Shown here: positions 61,896-64,000 of the stretch, piece by piece
Layout: each line of letters starts with the position of its first letter
How positions within the stretch are numbered: the first letter of the stretch is position 1
NCBI GenBank assembly: GCA_964515905.1
Contig: CAZEWK010000010.1
Location: forward strand, 7,002 to 71,001
Reading direction: 5' to 3'
Source: an uncultured Rhodospirillaceae bacterium
Lineage (GTDB): Bacteria > Pseudomonadota > Alphaproteobacteria > UBA7887
DNA length: 64,000 nt
The notes under the pieces: generated by a model
Told to the model about the DNA's origin: nothing
What the model saw: only the letters and a program-made list of their open reading frames with translations
Database searches by the model: none
Position numbers and translations under genes: made by a program

Positions 61896-63998
61896 TCACG
61901 AAACTGATACGTTCTTGGTCCGGAATATCTGAATAGCAATCACTAGACCTAATAAAACAGCGCCTAACACATCACTTTTCCAGTCCCCATGCAATAAAGA
62001 TGCCGCGGCAATAGCTGAAACGAAGCGCTCGAGCATCGTCAGGCGAGTAAAGAGATAGCCCTGTACTGCTGTAGCTAGAGCGACTACCGCCACCACTCCA
62101 GTAATAAATGCCAGGATTACCTCTCCAGCTTCTCCGATAGAAAGTAGTGCAGGGCTATAAACCATCACGAACGGAACTAAATACACTGCTGCACCTAACT
62201 TCATCGCAGTCAGGCCTGTTTTTTGCAAAGGAGTGTTAGCAATGGTTGCGGCTGCATACGCCGCGACAGCGACAGGGGGTGTAATAGCAGAAATAATGGC
62301 GTAGTAAAAAACAAAAAAGTGCGCTGCTAAAGGTTCAATGCCTAATTTAATTAGAGCTGGTGCACCAAAAATTGCTACAATCATATAGGCGGCTGAAGTT
62401 GGTAATCCCATCCCTAGAACGATACAACTGAACATAACCAGGAGCAGAGTGAATAATAAGTTTCCGCCTGTCACGTTTACAAGTATCGAGGTAAATCTGA
62501 GCCCCAACCCGCTCAATTCTATTGTTCCTACTACCAGTGCCGCGATGAATAAAGCAGAAGCAATTGGTGCAATTCGCCGAGCTCCAGTCTCAAAACTATC
62601 CAAGAGACTCTTCAAATTCAGCTGTGTATGCGACCTCAGAAAAGAAAACAGTATTGTGCAAAGAACTCCCGCAAAGGCGGCGTAAAAGGGAGTGGTCCGA
62701 TCGATCAGCAAAATGACCACCACGACTAATACAAATAACATATGAATATCTAACCCTATCTCCCGGCGGGCTCGCTGCACAAGTTCCGAGTCCATTGACG
62801 GAAGGTTGTATTTTTTTGTTTCCAGATGAACCATAAAATAAGCCGCAAACAAGTATAAAAATGCTGGCAGGGCAGCAGCCTTGGCAACCTCGATATACGG
62901 AGTGCGAGTAAAGTCGGCTATCAAAAACGCTGCTGAACCCATAATCGGCGGCACTAACTGACCGCTTGCAGAGGCAACGGCCTCAACAGCTGCCGCGAAT
63001 TGGCGCTTAAACCCTGTTTTAATCATTAACGGAATAGTGAAGGTGCCAGTGGCATATACGTTTGCAACAGCAGCCCCTGAGATCGACCCAAAAAGACCGC
63101 TTGCTAGCACGGCGGCTTTCCCTGGCCCACCTGGCTGTCTTCCCATGAGACCAGCTGCAAGGTTCATAAACAAAGCACCGCCCCTAGCCTTTTCAAGTAC
63201 AGCACCAAGAAGAACAAACATGAGTACATAAGTTGCCGATATTCCTGTGATCGATCCATACAATCCTTGGGTCGTTAAAAATAAGTGATCTAGCAGGCGC
63301 ATAGGATCTACTGCAGCCTGCTGCAAAGGCCCTGGGAAATATGGCCCGAATAACCCGTGAATCAGAAAAATTATCAACAGGATAACCAGGGTATTCCCTA
63401 TCGCACGGCGACACGCTTCCATTGCCAAACCGATAGCAAGGATTGCAACTGCCCAATCAATTGTATGTAAGTCGGTAATATAGGGATAACGCTCAACAAC
63501 GTAGTGGTAGTTACTATAAATATAAAGGACGGGAATCCAAGATAACATAAACAGCAACCAGTCGTACCAGGGTATGTTTTCTCCCGAGGAATTGCGAGAA
63601 ACTCCGTATACTAAAAAAATCATCGAGACATACATAGCAACATGGGTGGGCCGAAACAGCATCACTTCGGGTGCGCCAAAAGCCGCAGCTGACAAATGAT
63701 ACAAGATGACCAAAACCGAAAACCAGCGCAGGAACAAGCCGGAAGCACCCGCTAACCTTCGTTGATTACCAATCTGAACTGGTTCTGTTAACTCTCGGAA
63801 CAATCCGTTCCAAGAAATCCGCGTCTGCCGGAATAAAGTCCAAACCAACGAAGCAGTTGCAAATAGAGAGACTATCCAGTCTGAGAGCGAGGTAGGATTC
63901 AAAAATGGAAATTCACCTAAAACTAGAGAGGGCCTAAAATAAATATAAATGACGGGAGAAGCCGCCAAAGCCAATATACCGTAGCTCGCGGGCTGCAT
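61896..63998 (-). CDS. TRAP transporter fused permease (TAXI-type DctQ/DctM fusion)
   Basis: 700 aa, more than 16 hydrophobic helices, DctM-like blocks (GSISGAAVANVYATGTFTIPLM; GAPALI.LGI.PLAAHFFVFY). The start at 63998 is 2 nt from the window edge, so a longer N-terminus cannot be excluded. Confidence 0.8.
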   Translation of the reverse strand: MQPASYGILALAASPVIYIYFRPSLVLGEFPFLNPTSLSDWIVSLFATASLVWTLFRQTRISWNGLFRELTEPVQIGNQRRLAGASGLFLRWFSVLVILYHLSAAAFGAPEVMLFRPTHVAMYVSMIFLVYGVSRNSSGENIPWYDWLLFMLSWIPVLYIYSNYHYVVERYPYITDLHTIDWAVAILAIGLAMEACRRAIGNTLVILLIIFLIHGLFGPYFPGPLQQAAVDPMRLLDHLFLTTQGLYGSITGISATYVLMFVLLGAVLEKARGGALFMNLAAGLMGRQPGGPGKAAVLASGLFGSISGAAVANVYATGTFTIPLMIKTGFKRQFAAAVEAVASASGQLVPPIMGSAAFLIADFTRTPYIEVAKAAALPAFLYLFAAYFMVHLETKKYNLPSMDSELVQRARREIGLDIHMLFVLVVVVILLIDRTTPFYAAFAGVLCTILFSFLRSHTQLNLKSLLDSFETGARRIAPIASALFIAALVVGTIELSGLGLRFTSILVNVTGGNLLFTLLLVMFSCIVLGMGLPTSAAYMIVAIFGAPALIKLGIEPLAAHFFVFYYAIISAITPPVAVAAYAAATIANTPLQKTGLTAMKLGAAVYLVPFVMVYSPALLSIGEAGEVILAFITGVVAVVALATAVQGYLFTRLTMLERFVSAIAAASLLHGDWKSDVLGAVLLGLVIAIQIFRTKNVSVS

Positions 63999-64000
63999 AC

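Overview
The window reads as a gene-dense, moderately AT-rich stretch of core chromosome, most likely from a marine alphaproteobacterium. That assignment is an inference from three gene arrangements: mdh-sucCD, an ArsR-methyltransferase gene followed by metF and metH, and etfBA. About 58 protein genes and one tRNA-Leu(CAA) can be supported. I saw no rRNA, CRISPR array, transposase, prophage or obvious genomic island. Many neighbouring genes overlap by 1-13 nt (ATGA, GTGA or TAATG junctions), so much of the window is probably translationally coupled operons.

Main blocks, in order:
- A 5'-truncated form-II CoxL-like molybdoenzyme subunit and an MFS transporter.
- A ~10 kb same-strand Fe-S block: nfu-like gene, B12-type radical SAM with a CCAEP tail, ATP-grasp ligase, rrf2 regulator, sufBCDS, sufU, sufT.
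- A DOPA-dioxygenase-family gene and phhB, ssb/uvrA, two LLM oxidoreductases and a dienelactone hydrolase.
- gltBD, tRNA-Leu, yqaA-dsbB-coq7 and an HNH protein.
- A CoA-transferase, an esterase and gluQ.
- A long acyl-CoA dehydrogenase, a HIG1-like small protein and etfBA.
- An ArsR-methyltransferase/metF/split-metH operon, then mlaA-mlaC and xerC.
- zapE-mdh-sucCD, mmsA, a CmcJ-like oxidoreductase and a crotonase.
- xseB-ispA, tlyA, and a porin/FMN-binding/PepSY trio.
- aroC, fabI, a second crotonase, maiA and a fused TRAP permease.

Most worth a second look:
1. The uncharacterised CCAEP-tail radical-SAM plus ATP-grasp pair wedged between nfu and the suf regulon.
2. A putatively iron-regulated envelope module: a porin, a secreted protein carrying an ApbE-type flavinylation motif, and a PepSY membrane protein, all behind a Fur-like inverted-repeat array.
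3. metH split exactly at the homocysteine/pterin domain boundary inside a fully overlapped four-gene operon.
4. An unusually long (~560 nt) structured intergenic region upstream of that operon, containing hairpins and a perfect 18-bp palindrome.

All functional calls rest on reading motifs in the translated ORFs. No database search was run.
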